Positions 1-10,153 of a DNA stretch of 64,000 nt are shown here, in pieces. Position 1 is the stretch's first letter, and every line of letters begins with the position of its first letter. Source of the stretch: an uncultured Phycisphaerales bacterium (GTDB lineage Bacteria > Planctomycetota > Phycisphaerae > Sedimentisphaerales > Anaerobacaceae); the NCBI GenBank assembly GCA_963772725.1, contig CAVYYI010000003.1, forward strand, positions 640,001 to 704,000. The letters run 5' to 3'. The notes under the pieces are model-generated. The model saw only the letters and a list, made by a program, of their open reading frames with translations, ran no database searches and was not told the DNA's origin. Made by a program: the position numbers and the translations under genes.

Positions 1-437
1 AACTCCTGCAACATCATATCACACGTAGTAAAGTAAACCTTTTTTCCCTGCCGGGCAAGTTCATGACAGATACCACACAGTAAATGTGTCTTACCGCTGC
101 CGGGTTTGCCAAATGCAAGAATATTCTCTGTTCTGTCAACAAATGAACCTTCCAAAAGAATTTTGACCTGCTGACGTATCTTCAACGGCATACGTTTAAA
201 ATCAAAGTTTGCCATGGTCTTTTCCATAGGAAGCTTTGAGGCTTTTACCAGCCTTGCGATTTTATTGGCTCTGCGAACATCACACTCACGCTGAGCCAAT
301 TCCAATAGATATTGTGAATAACCCATATCTTCGGCGATAGCCTTCTGAGCGAACTCGGCGTAATATTCACGGAACATCGGCAGGTGAAGTTCTTTGAGAA
401 GGTTTACAAGCTGATTATCCAGATCATTTTTACTCAT
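1..437 (-). CDS. istB: IS21 helper ATPase IstB, partial
   Basis: Manual translation MSKNDLDNQLVNLLKELHLP...ENILAFGKPGSGKTHL shows a Walker A motif. The start overlaps the istA stop. Confidence 0.92.
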   Translation of the reverse strand, partial: MSKNDLDNQLVNLLKELHLPMFREYYAEFAQKAIAEDMGYSQYLLELAQRECDVRRANKIARLVKASKLPMEKTMANFDFKRMPLKIRQQVKILLEGSFVDRTENILAFGKPGSGKTHLLCGICHELARQGKKVYFTTCDMMLQE

Positions 438-1921
438 ACCAGTAGTGCCTCCGCCGATTCAAGTAGACAGTCATAACTGTTCAGATCAATATCGCCAACA
501 CAAACGTCAGTGACATCCGGCGGCTGTTGTTCGGATTTGACTATTTGTTCTACCATATCAAAATCAATCGCATCTGCATGGTTGATCAGGAACCGCAAAG
601 CTTCATTGACAGATGTCTGGCTTTCGTTGGCAGCTAATTCAAGAATTTTCAGATACTGCTTATTACCCTGCTTCATCCCATGTTGATCACGCAGGAGATC
701 ATATGCGATCCTGAACTGACTTGTGGGAAACATATCATCTTTATAGCAATAGTTCTCAAACGCCCCGGGTTTGCGAACAAGGGTATCTATAACGTGGCGG
801 TAATTGATGTAATGACCGTTTTCACCGTGTAATCTGGGCAATACTTCAATTCTTCTTTGAGCATACCAGACTTCGATATGTTCGGCATATATTCGAACGT
901 CAACATTTTCTCCCCTAAGCCTGCTGTGAACAGAATAGCTGTTCTTAAGAACTCGGACCGTGCAGCCACGACTTACCCTGCATTTATCCCTGGTGAAATC
1001 TTCATGCCTGCGGGTTGGCAATTGCCGCAGAACCTTTAACTCTTCGGCCAAGAGTTTTGTGCGGCCGGTATTGAGTTGGTCGAGCAGCTTTTCAAGAAAC
1101 ATTTCATAATCTTTCCTGCTGTTAAAATCTCTGCTTCCTCTAAGGATTAACGCCTGTTCAACAGCTCTCTTTAACCTGTGATGACGCTGCTCTATATCGC
1201 CGTTTTCATTCGGACAGTGAGGCTGGATTTTACAGCTTTGGAAACCATAATGATTCGCAAGACCCTGATAGTTAGCCGTGAATTCCTCAGGATTGCCTAC
1301 CTTGTTAACCGCACAGGTTAAATTATCAGTCCTATGATAGCGTGGTATGCCGCCTAACTTCCAGAGGGCATTTTGAATACCGGCACTTAAACTTTCATAG
1401 CTTTCTGAAAAACATACCGTGACGGTTTCCCAGTTCGACAAACACAATACAAAATGGTACAGCATGTGAATAAAAGGTATGCCGCAAATGGTGATACCCA
1501 GCTTATTCATCCTGGTAAAGTCTGATTCGCACCATTGGCCGGGTTTATAGATTTGTGGAAAAAACACTTCCTGAGCCGGACCGGACAAGGCTTTCCATTG
1601 TTTTACTCGTCTCTGGAAGGTTCTTAATTCGCTGTCCTGGTATTTACCGGGATATTCACGCTGCAGAGCCTCAAAAAGCGATTTAGATTCAAGACCGGAG
1701 TTGTTTTTGAGGAATTCTTCAACCCATGGCCAATCCCCTGCAAAGGCATCCGGATGGGTGGGCCAGTCGTGGATAGCTTGGCATTGGCTGGGCAGCACGC
1801 CCGTTTTTAAATACTTGCGGGCGGTTTTAGTGCTTATACCAGCCTTGTCTGCAAGCTGATATAAGGTCTTGCATTTGTTTTTCATAGCGAACAATCTCCT
1901 TACCTGTTTGTCTTTAACCAT
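434..1921 (-). CDS. istA: IS21-family transposase IstA
   Basis: 495 aa with N-terminal HTH and DDE motifs (ESDFT, RTDNL, NENGDIE). Directly upstream of istB. Confidence 0.93.
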   Translation of the reverse strand: MVKDKQVRRLFAMKNKCKTLYQLADKAGISTKTARKYLKTGVLPSQCQAIHDWPTHPDAFAGDWPWVEEFLKNNSGLESKSLFEALQREYPGKYQDSELRTFQRRVKQWKALSGPAQEVFFPQIYKPGQWCESDFTRMNKLGITICGIPFIHMLYHFVLCLSNWETVTVCFSESYESLSAGIQNALWKLGGIPRYHRTDNLTCAVNKVGNPEEFTANYQGLANHYGFQSCKIQPHCPNENGDIEQRHHRLKRAVEQALILRGSRDFNSRKDYEMFLEKLLDQLNTGRTKLLAEELKVLRQLPTRRHEDFTRDKCRVSRGCTVRVLKNSYSVHSRLRGENVDVRIYAEHIEVWYAQRRIEVLPRLHGENGHYINYRHVIDTLVRKPGAFENYCYKDDMFPTSQFRIAYDLLRDQHGMKQGNKQYLKILELAANESQTSVNEALRFLINHADAIDFDMVEQIVKSEQQPPDVTDVCVGDIDLNSYDCLLESAEALLV

Positions 1922-2026
1922 CTGAAATCTCCTGACTTAATGAGTTTCAGATAGCATATTCCAACTTTAATTCATCCGGAACTTTTAACTGTCGCCGGAA
2001 GGTAAGAATAATTGTCGCTGATCACA

Positions 2027-2266
2027 TGTCGTAAATACTATGAAAACGTGTTAATGAAACGTGGTCTTATTGACCTTGATGAAATGAACAACTGGCCCAA
2101 ATATTTGCAGGACTTTGCCATTTCCATCCCGGATAACTGTTCAGCTCGCTTAAATGTGCCTCAGAACACCTTTGAGCTGGAGGCAACACTTGACACCCTT
2201 AAGAAAGAATCCAGGGGTTATCGGTTCTGGCATGAAGTGCGGGTAGTCAGGCTGGTATCTGAGTAA
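2027..2266 (+). pseudogene. 3' remnant of a gene interrupted by IS21
   Basis: An open frame begins at the IS21 terminus and ends just before IS5, with no start of its own. Confidence 0.45.
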
Positions 2267-2273
2267 TTTAACT

Positions 2274-3112
2274 AGAAGTCATCCCAAAACCCTCCGGAGT
2301 AGGATGACGATACAACCGAGTTGAACCATAGCGAGAAAATTTTCAAGATGATATTCATAACGAACAACAAGACGACGAAAGTTTTGAAGCCATGCGAACA
2401 GTCGTTCAACCTTCCAGCGTTTCTTGTATCGCCGCAATACCCGGCCATCCTGCGTCGTCGATTTTACTCGGTTAGTTTTATGCGGGGCAATCAGTTCAAC
2501 GCCTCGCTCCTCGGCCAACCGTTTATCCAGCGGATCGCTGTCATACGCCATATCGCCGATTATCTTTTCCGGCACGTTTTCCAAAAAACAGGCATCAAGG
2601 GTATCTTCAACAAGCGTTACTTCATGCGGGCTAGCACTGGTTGCGTCAATGGCGATAGGAAGACCGAAAGCGTCTGTGAGGCCCATAATTTTGGTTCCTT
2701 TGCCCTTTTTGGTTTTACCCACACCATCGCCCCTTTTTTGGCAGGAGCAAACGTTCCATCGATAAAACCTTCGCTGATGTCTATGCCGCCACGCTCTTTC
2801 AAGTCCATGCGCCAATTCCGTAAGTATCTTGGCAAAGACTCCCGATTTGTTCCACTGCTGGAAATATCGATGGCAGGTGCTTTTCGGCGGATACCGATCT
2901 GGCAAATCTGCCCATTGGGCACCGGTTCGCAGAATCCAAAGAATGCCATTGAGAACATCTCGTGGATCTTGCGGCGGTCTGCCTGATTTTCCAGGCTGTG
3001 CTTTTGGCTTCGGAATGAACTTTGCAATCCGTTGCCATTGTTCGTTTGTTATGTCCATGAAACATATATCGGCTCACATTAACCCAAAAATCGAGGTTTT
3101 GGGATAGGTTCT
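2274..3112 (-). mobile_element. IS5-family (IS427-like) insertion sequence
   Basis: 17-bp imperfect terminal IRs AGAAGTCATCCCAAAAC / AGAACCTATCCCAAAAC around the transposase. Confidence 0.88.
2279..3058 (-). CDS. IS5-family transposase (normally a -1 frameshifted orfAB; extra indel near 2810)
   Basis: [19 protein letters not shown] and [11 protein letters not shown] motifs, plus a slippery AAAAAAGGGG. The conserved [10 protein letters not shown] segment lies in another frame. Confidence 0.88.
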   Translation of the reverse strand: MDITNEQWQRIAKFIPKPKAQPGKSGRPPQDPRDVLNGILWILRTGAQWADLPDRYPPKSTCHRYFQQWNKSGVFAKILTELAHGLERAWRHRHQRRFYRWNVCSCQKRGDGVGKTKKGKGTKIMGLTDAFGLPIAIDATSASPHEVTLVEDTLDACFLENVPEKIIGDMAYDSDPLDKRLAEERGVELIAPHKTNRVKSTTQDGRVLRRYKKRWKVERLFAWLQNFRRLVVRYEYHLENFLAMVQLGCIVILLRRVLG

Positions 3113-3327
3113 TCACACTTCTAACTGTATATCAGTTTATTTGCTAAGAGTTACTTCATTGATCGAAGGGCAACATTTCTTTTATCAGAGAGGGTTTCAC
3201 CCAAAATTTTTAAAAAATTTTCTGAATTATCCTGCGCGCGCTACTCGCTGAGGCAGTAAAGGGTATAAGGTAAATAAAAAATGTGTAAGTACGCTCTTTG
3301 GAGCAAATTATAACAGAGGTCAAGAAT

Positions 3328-4353
3328 ATGTCAGCAAATTTAAGCCAATTTATTCAGCAAGTAAGGCAAGAATATGGAAATCAGTTCAGTATTGTCGTAC
3401 CTACTGAGCAGATAAGGTTGAGAGAAAATGGCAAACTTTTTACCGGCAAGAATGAGTTTCCTCTGACCCGAGAGGCTTCTTCACAGTTTGCCAGATTACT
3501 AAAAGTCCCAGAGGATTTCTACCATACTTTGGAGTTTGATTTGCGGTCTCTGTTTTTTAATCGTCGATTTCCGATTAGGTCTGTGGCAAGTATGATAGGC
3601 CGGGAGCTTCGCCTCACCCTAGATAGCGAAAAACAAATTATTGGCTACGACGACCCGAGGTTACTACGGATTAATCCGATTAGATTAATGGAAATCGTCA
3701 ACATCTCCCTACCCAATGGGCTATCAGCTGAGCAAATAGCTGTTTCGCGTGTTCGTATAGAGAACAGCTTGGTTAGTTTCAGCTGCTACGCCCCACAAAT
3801 ACAAGAAGAGCCTCGTGTCGGCGATATTGTTAACGGCGGTATTGACATTCATCACAGCGTTTCCGGTGAGTTTGGCACGCAGATCTGCGTATATCTCAGG
3901 AGGAAAATCTGTAGCAACGGTGCCTGTATCCATATCTGCGAAGACGAGAAACAAATCCATGCTAGGCGCCTTGGTAATGGCGAGTTTGATGAGCAGGATA
4001 TGGCTCAACAACAACAGCGGCTTCTGGAGCGAACATGGAGACAGATTGACTCAAAACTACGAGCCATTAGTAACCTGCTTAAGAAGGAGCGAGTTTCTGG
4101 AGGCTTTCTCAGACAGCAGCGAACGAGGTTTTCGCTGAGTAATCGTGTTTTGACATCGATAGAGAAAGCGGTTGATCAGGACGAGATGGAGTCAACGGGC
4201 ACACAGTATGACCTTTTCAATGCAATAAGTAGAGTTGCTACGCATGACGATTCGTTTTCACTTAGACAGCAAAGAAGATTAATGTTCATGGCTGGAGAAT
4301 TCAGCCAGCAAGATGTCCATAAATGTCCGCAATGTGGCAGTTGGCTTTTTTAG
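3328..4353 (+). CDS. DUF932-like mobile-element protein with C-terminal CxxC
   Basis: RKICSNG motif, TQYDLFNAISRVATH-type C-terminal helix and CPQC. GAGGT RBS before ATG 3328. Confidence 0.6.
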   Translation: MSANLSQFIQQVRQEYGNQFSIVVPTEQIRLRENGKLFTGKNEFPLTREASSQFARLLKVPEDFYHTLEFDLRSLFFNRRFPIRSVASMIGRELRLTLDSEKQIIGYDDPRLLRINPIRLMEIVNISLPNGLSAEQIAVSRVRIENSLVSFSCYAPQIQEEPRVGDIVNGGIDIHHSVSGEFGTQICVYLRRKICSNGACIHICEDEKQIHARRLGNGEFDEQDMAQQQQRLLERTWRQIDSKLRAISNLLKKERVSGGFLRQQRTRFSLSNRVLTSIEKAVDQDEMESTGTQYDLFNAISRVATHDDSFSLRQQRRLMFMAGEFSQQDVHKCPQCGSWLF

Positions 4354-4390
4354 CAGAATTAAACACTGAATAAATAAGGAAAATGACACT

Positions 4391-4624
4391 ATGAACGATG
4401 CAGAAAAACAAAATTCTGAGGAGAAACTTAAATGCTTGACAACGAAACTTGAGCGTTTTTTGTCCAGAGCGTGCGAGGCAGAGGATAAACGGGATTATTT
4501 AAGATCTGGCCGCTATTTTGTGCTGGCGCTGTATTGTGAAGCTAAACTGCAAGCTGATCAGGCAAACATTTACGAATACGTCCGCTCCGCTATGCCGGTT
4601 TATTCGACGTTCAAGAGTTGCTAA
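4391..4624 (+). CDS. hypothetical protein
   Basis: 77 aa, AAGGA RBS, co-oriented within the island operon. Confidence 0.55.
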   Translation: MNDAEKQNSEEKLKCLTTKLERFLSRACEAEDKRDYLRSGRYFVLALYCEAKLQADQANIYEYVRSAMPVYSTFKSC

Positions 4625-4679
4625 TTATGCAGGGGAAGATACTGACCCGGCTCTAAGTTCGAATTGAAAGCGGAAAATA

Positions 4680-4982
4680 ATGTTAATACGTTACATAAGA
4701 AATTTATTAAAAACAGCGGTCAATAGATTGGATAAAAACGCCGCCCAAGTTGCATTAAAAGTACTTACGGGAAAAAATGGAGATAAAGATAATCCTGTTT
4801 TTGCGATACATACCGAAACCGAACCTACAGAAACCGTTTTATATAACAAGCCGGTGGTCAGCATTAAGCAAAGCCCAACGCCTGCAATACTAAAGTCGGT
4901 TATCAACGGCCTTAATAATTGTATAAGTCGGGTGCGATTTTTTATTAAGCCGAAAAGATTCATTGTAAGCGCCCAAAGATAG
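4680..4982 (+). CDS. hypothetical protein
   Basis: 100 aa ATG ORF co-oriented within the island operon. Confidence 0.45.
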   Translation: MLIRYIRNLLKTAVNRLDKNAAQVALKVLTGKNGDKDNPVFAIHTETEPTETVLYNKPVVSIKQSPTPAILKSVINGLNNCISRVRFFIKPKRFIVSAQR

Positions 4983-5008
4983 TTTGGGATTTTGAAAGGA
5001 ACATACGA

Positions 5009-5185
5009 ATGAGTTGGCAAAAGAGCTTCATTGGTCATATCGGAGATATCCTGCGTTTCCTTGGATACGCCTTTTTGACATTCGATCTGATTTTACTGTC
5101 AGTATTCAGCCTGTGGTTTATCAGTAAATTTATTTATTTTCTGTCCGGCTGGTTAAATAGGATTATGTTTAATTCGCCGTGGTAG
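5009..5185 (+). CDS. small membrane protein (58 aa, absent from the ORF track)
   Basis: Manual translation MSWQKSFIGHIGDILRFLGYAFLTFDLILLSVFSLWFISKFIYFLSGWLNRIMFNSPW. AAAGGA RBS; fills an operon gap. Confidence 0.65.
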   Translation: MSWQKSFIGHIGDILRFLGYAFLTFDLILLSVFSLWFISKFIYFLSGWLNRIMFNSPW

Positions 5186-5201
5186 GAGTTGGAGTTTTGA
5201 A

Positions 5202-5645
5202 ATGAGTTTTATACGAAAGATTTTCCGCCGAAGTTTCAGTAGAGACCCTCTGACTAACAAGGTGGATATATTAGGAGTTGACGATGAGTATCATAAATTA
5301 TCTAAACAGGATGGTTCCCCTGAAACCTACGAATTCAAAGGAGTTCCAAGTCAGCATTGCGGTTGTCTTGCACCTGCTGCTGGTAGGTGTCGTGAATGCG
5401 GAGCTCTCAGTTGTGCCCGTTGTCACAAGCATTGCGGAGGCACAGACAATCCCCATCCATCAGGTTGCGGGGTTCCCTTATGTAGGCAGCATGCCCACTA
5501 CCTGCAAATGGCAGACGGACAGACCGCAATTCCATTTTGCAGAGACTGCTATGGCAAACTCGTCCGACAGTCCCGATGGATTACGGCTGGGAAAATATTA
5601 TTGCTTCCATTTATTAAGGACGATGGAGATAAAAATGCACGATGA
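5202..5645 (+). CDS. Cys/His-rich zinc-finger-like protein
   Basis: HCGC, CREC, CARCHKHC, CGVPLCRQH and CRDC motifs. GGAG RBS. Confidence 0.65.
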   Translation: MSFIRKIFRRSFSRDPLTNKVDILGVDDEYHKLSKQDGSPETYEFKGVPSQHCGCLAPAAGRCRECGALSCARCHKHCGGTDNPHPSGCGVPLCRQHAHYLQMADGQTAIPFCRDCYGKLVRQSRWITAGKILLLPFIKDDGDKNAR

Positions 5646-7026
5646 AATCTTAACCTCCTTGGAAAAAGATATTTTGATAGGCAAAAAACTCGGTGTATTC
5701 GATGATTTTGTGGGCCAACAGCTTCTTAAATGCTTTAGTTACGGTATCCAGGATAAATTTATTGTCAGTGAAATCGAGAACCGAGTCAGAAATGCCCAAA
5801 GAAGGATTGCCATAAGCGGCTGTCCTTTCCTGCCGGCAAAACTCCATTGCGGCAACTTTATCATTGGTTACGATATGTGGAACAATAAACTTCTGACTGA
5901 TGTTCAGTACTGTAATGCTCATACCCTTATCGTGGCCGGCACCGGTGCCGGTAAGACCAACCTTTCCAAATGCCGTGTGATTCAGATAGCCCCTTTAGTT
6001 CGCGGTATGTGGCTTATCGATATTCGGAAAAAAGAATATCGTTTTCTACGTCCGATTTTTGCCAGAATGGGTTTTGACCTGAAGATTGTCCGCGGGCATA
6101 ACTTTTGCCTAAATCCGTTGGAAGTCCCGTACGGTGTTAAGCCAATAGAATACGCCGCTATTATATCGGATTTACTGGTCAAGGTTTTAAACCTACCACC
6201 CAGGGCGTCGACTTTATTAAAAAGCACCATAATCAAGCTTTATCAGCTATCCGGTATCCTGGATGGCGACGATAAATTCCCGACTTTATTTCATCTGTAT
6301 AAAGCGATTCGCGAGGACAGAAACGCCAACCCACAGGCCCGTCAGGCCACCCTTGATAACCTTGAGGCGATTTTATTAGAGTTGGGTCCTGAAATGCTCG
6401 CCTACCATCGTGGCTGGTCAGTTAACGAATTGGCCAGACAGCATCTGGTTATGGAGATGGCCGGACTATCGGAGCAAGGCAAGGATTTAGTAATCTCAAC
6501 GCTCTTAACACAGGAATTTATTTCAAGAATTGAGAGGGGGATCTCGAATCCATATATGGATCTTTACATAGCCGTGGATGAGGCACAAAAACTGTTTTGC
6601 CAGCACCGGGACAGTTCCAGCTATGGTGGCAATGCATTGACCGATCTTGTTGGCCTGGTTCGAGGAACCGGAATCGGTCTGGAAATATCGGTTTTAACAA
6701 CGCATAATTTATCTGTTGGCATTCCAAATCTCACGGCCACTAAAATCATCGGCAGATGCGGCTCGGAGGCTGAATATACCACTGCTGGGCATTTTGCCGC
6801 TCTGAATAATGAACAAATCGAATGGTTTGCACACCACAGTGTGCCTGGACTTTTCGCCGCTCAACTTGGCGAAGGAAATCACCGTTATCCGTTTTTGTTC
6901 CGAATTCCCTTGCTCAATGAATTCCTTGATAACGATGACTTTAACCGGGCAAAATGCGTTTCCAATGATTATGCCGACGAAACTATTAAAAATATGCCGA
7001 GGGTCGTAAAAGCGTTACCAGCATAA
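5635..7026 (+). CDS. HerA/FtsK/VirB4-superfamily P-loop ATPase
   Basis: Walker A AGTGAGKT, LIDIRKKEY, FCLNPLE, Walker B IAVDEAQ, VRGTGI. Likely start MHDEIL at 5635. Confidence 0.75.
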   Translation: MHDEILTSLEKDILIGKKLGVFDDFVGQQLLKCFSYGIQDKFIVSEIENRVRNAQRRIAISGCPFLPAKLHCGNFIIGYDMWNNKLLTDVQYCNAHTLIVAGTGAGKTNLSKCRVIQIAPLVRGMWLIDIRKKEYRFLRPIFARMGFDLKIVRGHNFCLNPLEVPYGVKPIEYAAIISDLLVKVLNLPPRASTLLKSTIIKLYQLSGILDGDDKFPTLFHLYKAIREDRNANPQARQATLDNLEAILLELGPEMLAYHRGWSVNELARQHLVMEMAGLSEQGKDLVISTLLTQEFISRIERGISNPYMDLYIAVDEAQKLFCQHRDSSSYGGNALTDLVGLVRGTGIGLEISVLTTHNLSVGIPNLTATKIIGRCGSEAEYTTAGHFAALNNEQIEWFAHHSVPGLFAAQLGEGNHRYPFLFRIPLLNEFLDNDDFNRAKCVSNDYADETIKNMPRVVKALPA

Positions 7027-7047
7027 CAAAAAAATGGAGATAGTATT

Positions 7048-7461
7048 ATGGTAGAAGAGAAAATAATAGTTACGGACTGCGAAGCAGACGAAAGTCTGAA
7101 ATCACTTGCTAAGGGCGAGTTAGTTAAGGCTGTTGAGTTCAGCCAATCTTGTAGGGGCAGTCTAACCGGAAGCGATATCGTATTCTGCGACAGAACCTCC
7201 AAGACTGCTGACGATGTTGAAATCAGGCTGCTGAGGACGATTATTGAACATCCGATGCAGCCATCCAGCCAATATTCAAAGCTTGCCGGTATCAGTCCAA
7301 ACACATTTAACAATATCCGGCCAATCCTAAAAGATAAGGAATTGATAAGCGAGCATAAGCTGCAGGCAAATACTCGAGGCCGCAGTACGATTTTGTTAGG
7401 ACCAACTGAGCAAGGTAAAAAATATCTGAGTGATTATGACAATAACAAAAAGGGCTGTTAA
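7048..7461 (+). CDS. winged-helix DNA-binding-like protein
   Basis: YSKLAGISPNTFNNIRPILKDKELI...LGPTEQGKKYL resembles a MarR-like wHTH. Confidence 0.55.
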   Translation: MVEEKIIVTDCEADESLKSLAKGELVKAVEFSQSCRGSLTGSDIVFCDRTSKTADDVEIRLLRTIIEHPMQPSSQYSKLAGISPNTFNNIRPILKDKELISEHKLQANTRGRSTILLGPTEQGKKYLSDYDNNKKGC

Positions 7462-7899
7462 ATGCGTGGTGATCCTTTACACAATATGATGGCACATGGA
7501 ACCGGAATAACTTTAGGTTATTTTTTTACTGAAGTTAGCTCTGAACACAAATATGGCAAAAATGGCGTAGTGACATATCTGGACCTATTCGCCAGACAAA
7601 ACGGGTTTGTTCTTGCCTGTGAGATTGAGACCACCGCTCGCCATGCCGTTGATAACGCTATAAAAGCTGCGGTAGTTGATATCCCATTATGGATAATAGT
7701 CCCAACCAACAATGTGAAGATGAAACTATTGCGTAAACTAAAATCGCTACAATTAAGACCAGGCGGTGAACCAATAAAAATACTGCTTCTGGGACAACTT
7801 CAGGGAGAGCTTGAAGAATATCTCTCGTTAAAGCCTATGTCGAATTTGCAAACAGACCTTTCAGTTCTGAGCAATTCAAAAGGAGGGAATTTGTTATGA
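7462..7899 (+). CDS. putative PD-(D/E)XK nuclease-fold protein
   Basis: H near the N-terminus, then SEH...YLDLFA...ACEIETT restriction-like pattern. Confidence 0.5.
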   Translation: MRGDPLHNMMAHGTGITLGYFFTEVSSEHKYGKNGVVTYLDLFARQNGFVLACEIETTARHAVDNAIKAAVVDIPLWIIVPTNNVKMKLLRKLKSLQLRPGGEPIKILLLGQLQGELEEYLSLKPMSNLQTDLSVLSNSKGGNLL

Positions 7900-8108
7900 G
7901 GATAATATGGGGAAATATTATTGTGCTGTTTCTTTTGATTCTGGTAATCGTGCTGATAGTCAAATCGCATTTGGTTGAGTTCTTTTCCCAAACTATTGAA
8001 ACCCTTAGGTATCACCAGGATAACCCAGTATATGGCTTAGCCTGCCTTGGATTCATATGCATAACAATTGTGGGAATTTTTGCAATAATCTCGAGTAGAA
8101 AACATTAA
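7896..8108 (+). CDS. small two-TM membrane protein
   Basis: Two hydrophobic segments. GGAGG RBS and ATGA overlap with the previous gene. Confidence 0.65.
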   Translation: MRIIWGNIIVLFLLILVIVLIVKSHLVEFFSQTIETLRYHQDNPVYGLACLGFICITIVGIFAIISSRKH

Positions 8109-8143
8109 ATAATTTATCGCCCATATGGGCAAAAGGAGGTTTT

Positions 8144-8956
8144 ATGCCTTACGACAAGAAAATAAGTAGATCAGATCCAGGTTTTATAGTGTTGGTTTTT
8201 GATGACAGTAAGAGTGAGGCCGACAATCTACCTGGCACATCGGACCCAAAGTACAAGTGGGTTGAACGTTATGGCGGTATTATCTTAAAAGAATGCCTTG
8301 TCAGAAGCACTGAGCTTAAAAATGATAGAGCAGAGATAAAGCCGCGGTATTTTTTTTCTATTATCCGTTACGGTAGTCAGCCTCAAATATGGGGCAGCGG
8401 AGAAATGGACATTAAAGCCGTGGTAGAAAAGTACGCTAATGACGGCAACTCATTTGGGCTTGGCGGATACCTCCTTGGAACGGATGCTAAAGCTGCTTTC
8501 AAGAATGCCTATGAGTATCTTAGCCGGGCCTTGCTACAGGAACGCTTCAAACGCTCTTTTCCACCTATGGTTTTGCACCTTACTGACGGCGAAAGCCAGA
8601 CGGATGCCTCTTACGAGGCCGACCAAATTAAACAACTCTCGACCGAAGATGGCAATGTCCTGGTGGTAAACGCATATATAGGTACACAGACGAGCCTAAA
8701 CTACAAAGGTCCTGAGGATTTCCCCGGATATACAGATGTCTCAGAGGCAGGACCAAGCGAGGATAATGTAAGGCTCTTTAATATGAGCAGCGAAACACCT
8801 CAATGCATCCGCCAGAACCTGATTGATGATGGAATTTTTCCGAACTTGCGGGAAGGTTCACGCCTCTTTTTTGATGTTCGTACAAAAGAGATGCTTAAGC
8901 ATGTGATTCAGGTCGTTGGAAGTATAGGTTCGCGTGCCAACCAGACAGAAAGGTGA
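8144..8956 (+). CDS. vWA-domain protein (TerY-like)
   Basis: MIDAS-like VFDDSKSE, GTD and PPMVLHLTDGES. AGGAGG RBS. Confidence 0.85.
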   Translation: MPYDKKISRSDPGFIVLVFDDSKSEADNLPGTSDPKYKWVERYGGIILKECLVRSTELKNDRAEIKPRYFFSIIRYGSQPQIWGSGEMDIKAVVEKYANDGNSFGLGGYLLGTDAKAAFKNAYEYLSRALLQERFKRSFPPMVLHLTDGESQTDASYEADQIKQLSTEDGNVLVVNAYIGTQTSLNYKGPEDFPGYTDVSEAGPSEDNVRLFNMSSETPQCIRQNLIDDGIFPNLREGSRLFFDVRTKEMLKHVIQVVGSIGSRANQTER

Positions 8957-8963
8957 TTAAACC

Positions 8964-10151
8964 ATGGCTTCTGCCCAAAATAATTATTACAAAGCTATAA
9001 AAGTTGTCTCGCCTATGTATGATGGGCAAGACAAGAAGGATCAGGACAGGGCTGTATGGTTTCCTACAGCCCTGTCCGGTTGCATTTGCGATGGCGTCAC
9101 ATCGTCGCCATTCTCTGCCGACGCTGCTGAAATTGTAGCTCAGTTTAGTCCAGCCCTTTTTTTGGATAACAGCAATTATACATTAAAAATATTGTGCGAT
9201 CATTTAATGCTCCAGCGGGCAGAAAAGGTCAACTCGAAAATTGGTATATCATTATCAGGCCAGCCACAGCTACAAGAAATAATGCAAGAGGTTGCCTTAG
9301 AAAAGAACAAAAGCTGTTACCAGACAACTATCGTAGCTGTAAAATTTGTCCCTGATAGTAAAGCAATTACTGCCTCCGTTATAAGATGCGGTGATTCAGC
9401 CTTTTTTGCCTTCGCTTCTGACGGGGAACTTCTCACTACCTTGCCATCGGATAACGAAAAACACAAGCAAGAGGAAAAACAAGTTTGCCAAAATACGCAA
9501 TTAAGCCAACTTTCTGACGGTATGAGTCTTTTACCGGGTGATGAAATTTTAGCCAGAGTGGTTTGCTGCTGTTCCAGCTATCCTAGCATCGCAGAGAAAT
9601 TGGGCATAAAAAAAGCTCATATGAATAACTGGTTTGTGTGCTCGGTTGTAGACAAGTGTAGTACCAATAGCGTTAAAGGTAAGCTGGTCAACCAGCGCCT
9701 TAGACATGATGAGCTGTTACTGGTCCCCAAATATCTTGCTGGCACGGCAATGCGAGCTGGAGATAATATATACGTGCGTTTTCCATACTCCTGCCAGATA
9801 CGAAGGGTCAATTCTGTAAGTAATACTGTTGGCACTGTTGACTTTAAACGGCTTAGCTCAGCCACCGCCGTTTTGCCGGACCATTTTTATACGGGCGACT
9901 GGATATATTATCAGGATTTATTCCCCTTGGATGCTAATTTCGTACTGTCTTCGGACGGTTTTTACACCTGTTTTAAAGATTCTTCCTGTTTATGGACATG
10001 GTTAAATTCCAACAAGCAAGACCTGCAAGACCCTCAGAAACAGATTGCAGCAATGGATGAACTACACAGTCGGTTAAGTATCAGGTGTGGCGACGATGAT
10101 ATTTCCTTTCTATGGATTTATCCGGCAAAGCCTTTTTGTGAAGAGAAATAG
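8964..10151 (+). CDS. PP2C-family protein phosphatase
   Basis: DQD, ICDGVTSS, CGDS, LSSDG and DDDIS metal-binding motifs, with a long central insertion. Confidence 0.85.
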   Translation: MASAQNNYYKAIKVVSPMYDGQDKKDQDRAVWFPTALSGCICDGVTSSPFSADAAEIVAQFSPALFLDNSNYTLKILCDHLMLQRAEKVNSKIGISLSGQPQLQEIMQEVALEKNKSCYQTTIVAVKFVPDSKAITASVIRCGDSAFFAFASDGELLTTLPSDNEKHKQEEKQVCQNTQLSQLSDGMSLLPGDEILARVVCCCSSYPSIAEKLGIKKAHMNNWFVCSVVDKCSTNSVKGKLVNQRLRHDELLLVPKYLAGTAMRAGDNIYVRFPYSCQIRRVNSVSNTVGTVDFKRLSSATAVLPDHFYTGDWIYYQDLFPLDANFVLSSDGFYTCFKDSSCLWTWLNSNKQDLQDPQKQIAAMDELHSRLSIRCGDDDISFLWIYPAKPFCEEK

Positions 10152-10153
10152 CA

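Larger units (their letters stand above)
1..2026 (-). mobile_element. IS21-family insertion sequence, truncated by the window edge
   Basis: istA-istB pair overlapping by ATGA. The end reads TGTGATCAGCGACAATTA...GCGACAGTTA on the minus strand (TG terminus at 2026 with internal repeats), typical of IS21 ends. Confidence 0.9.

Noticed and set aside
2321..2986. Long antisense/alternate-frame ORFs (also 20511-21326, 62436-63152, 37961-38518)
   Set aside because: They are shadows of well-supported genes on the opposite strand, with no motifs.
5278..5634. N-terminal extension of the 582-aa ATPase ORF
   Set aside because: It overlaps the Zn-finger gene. A better RBS-linked start exists at 5635.
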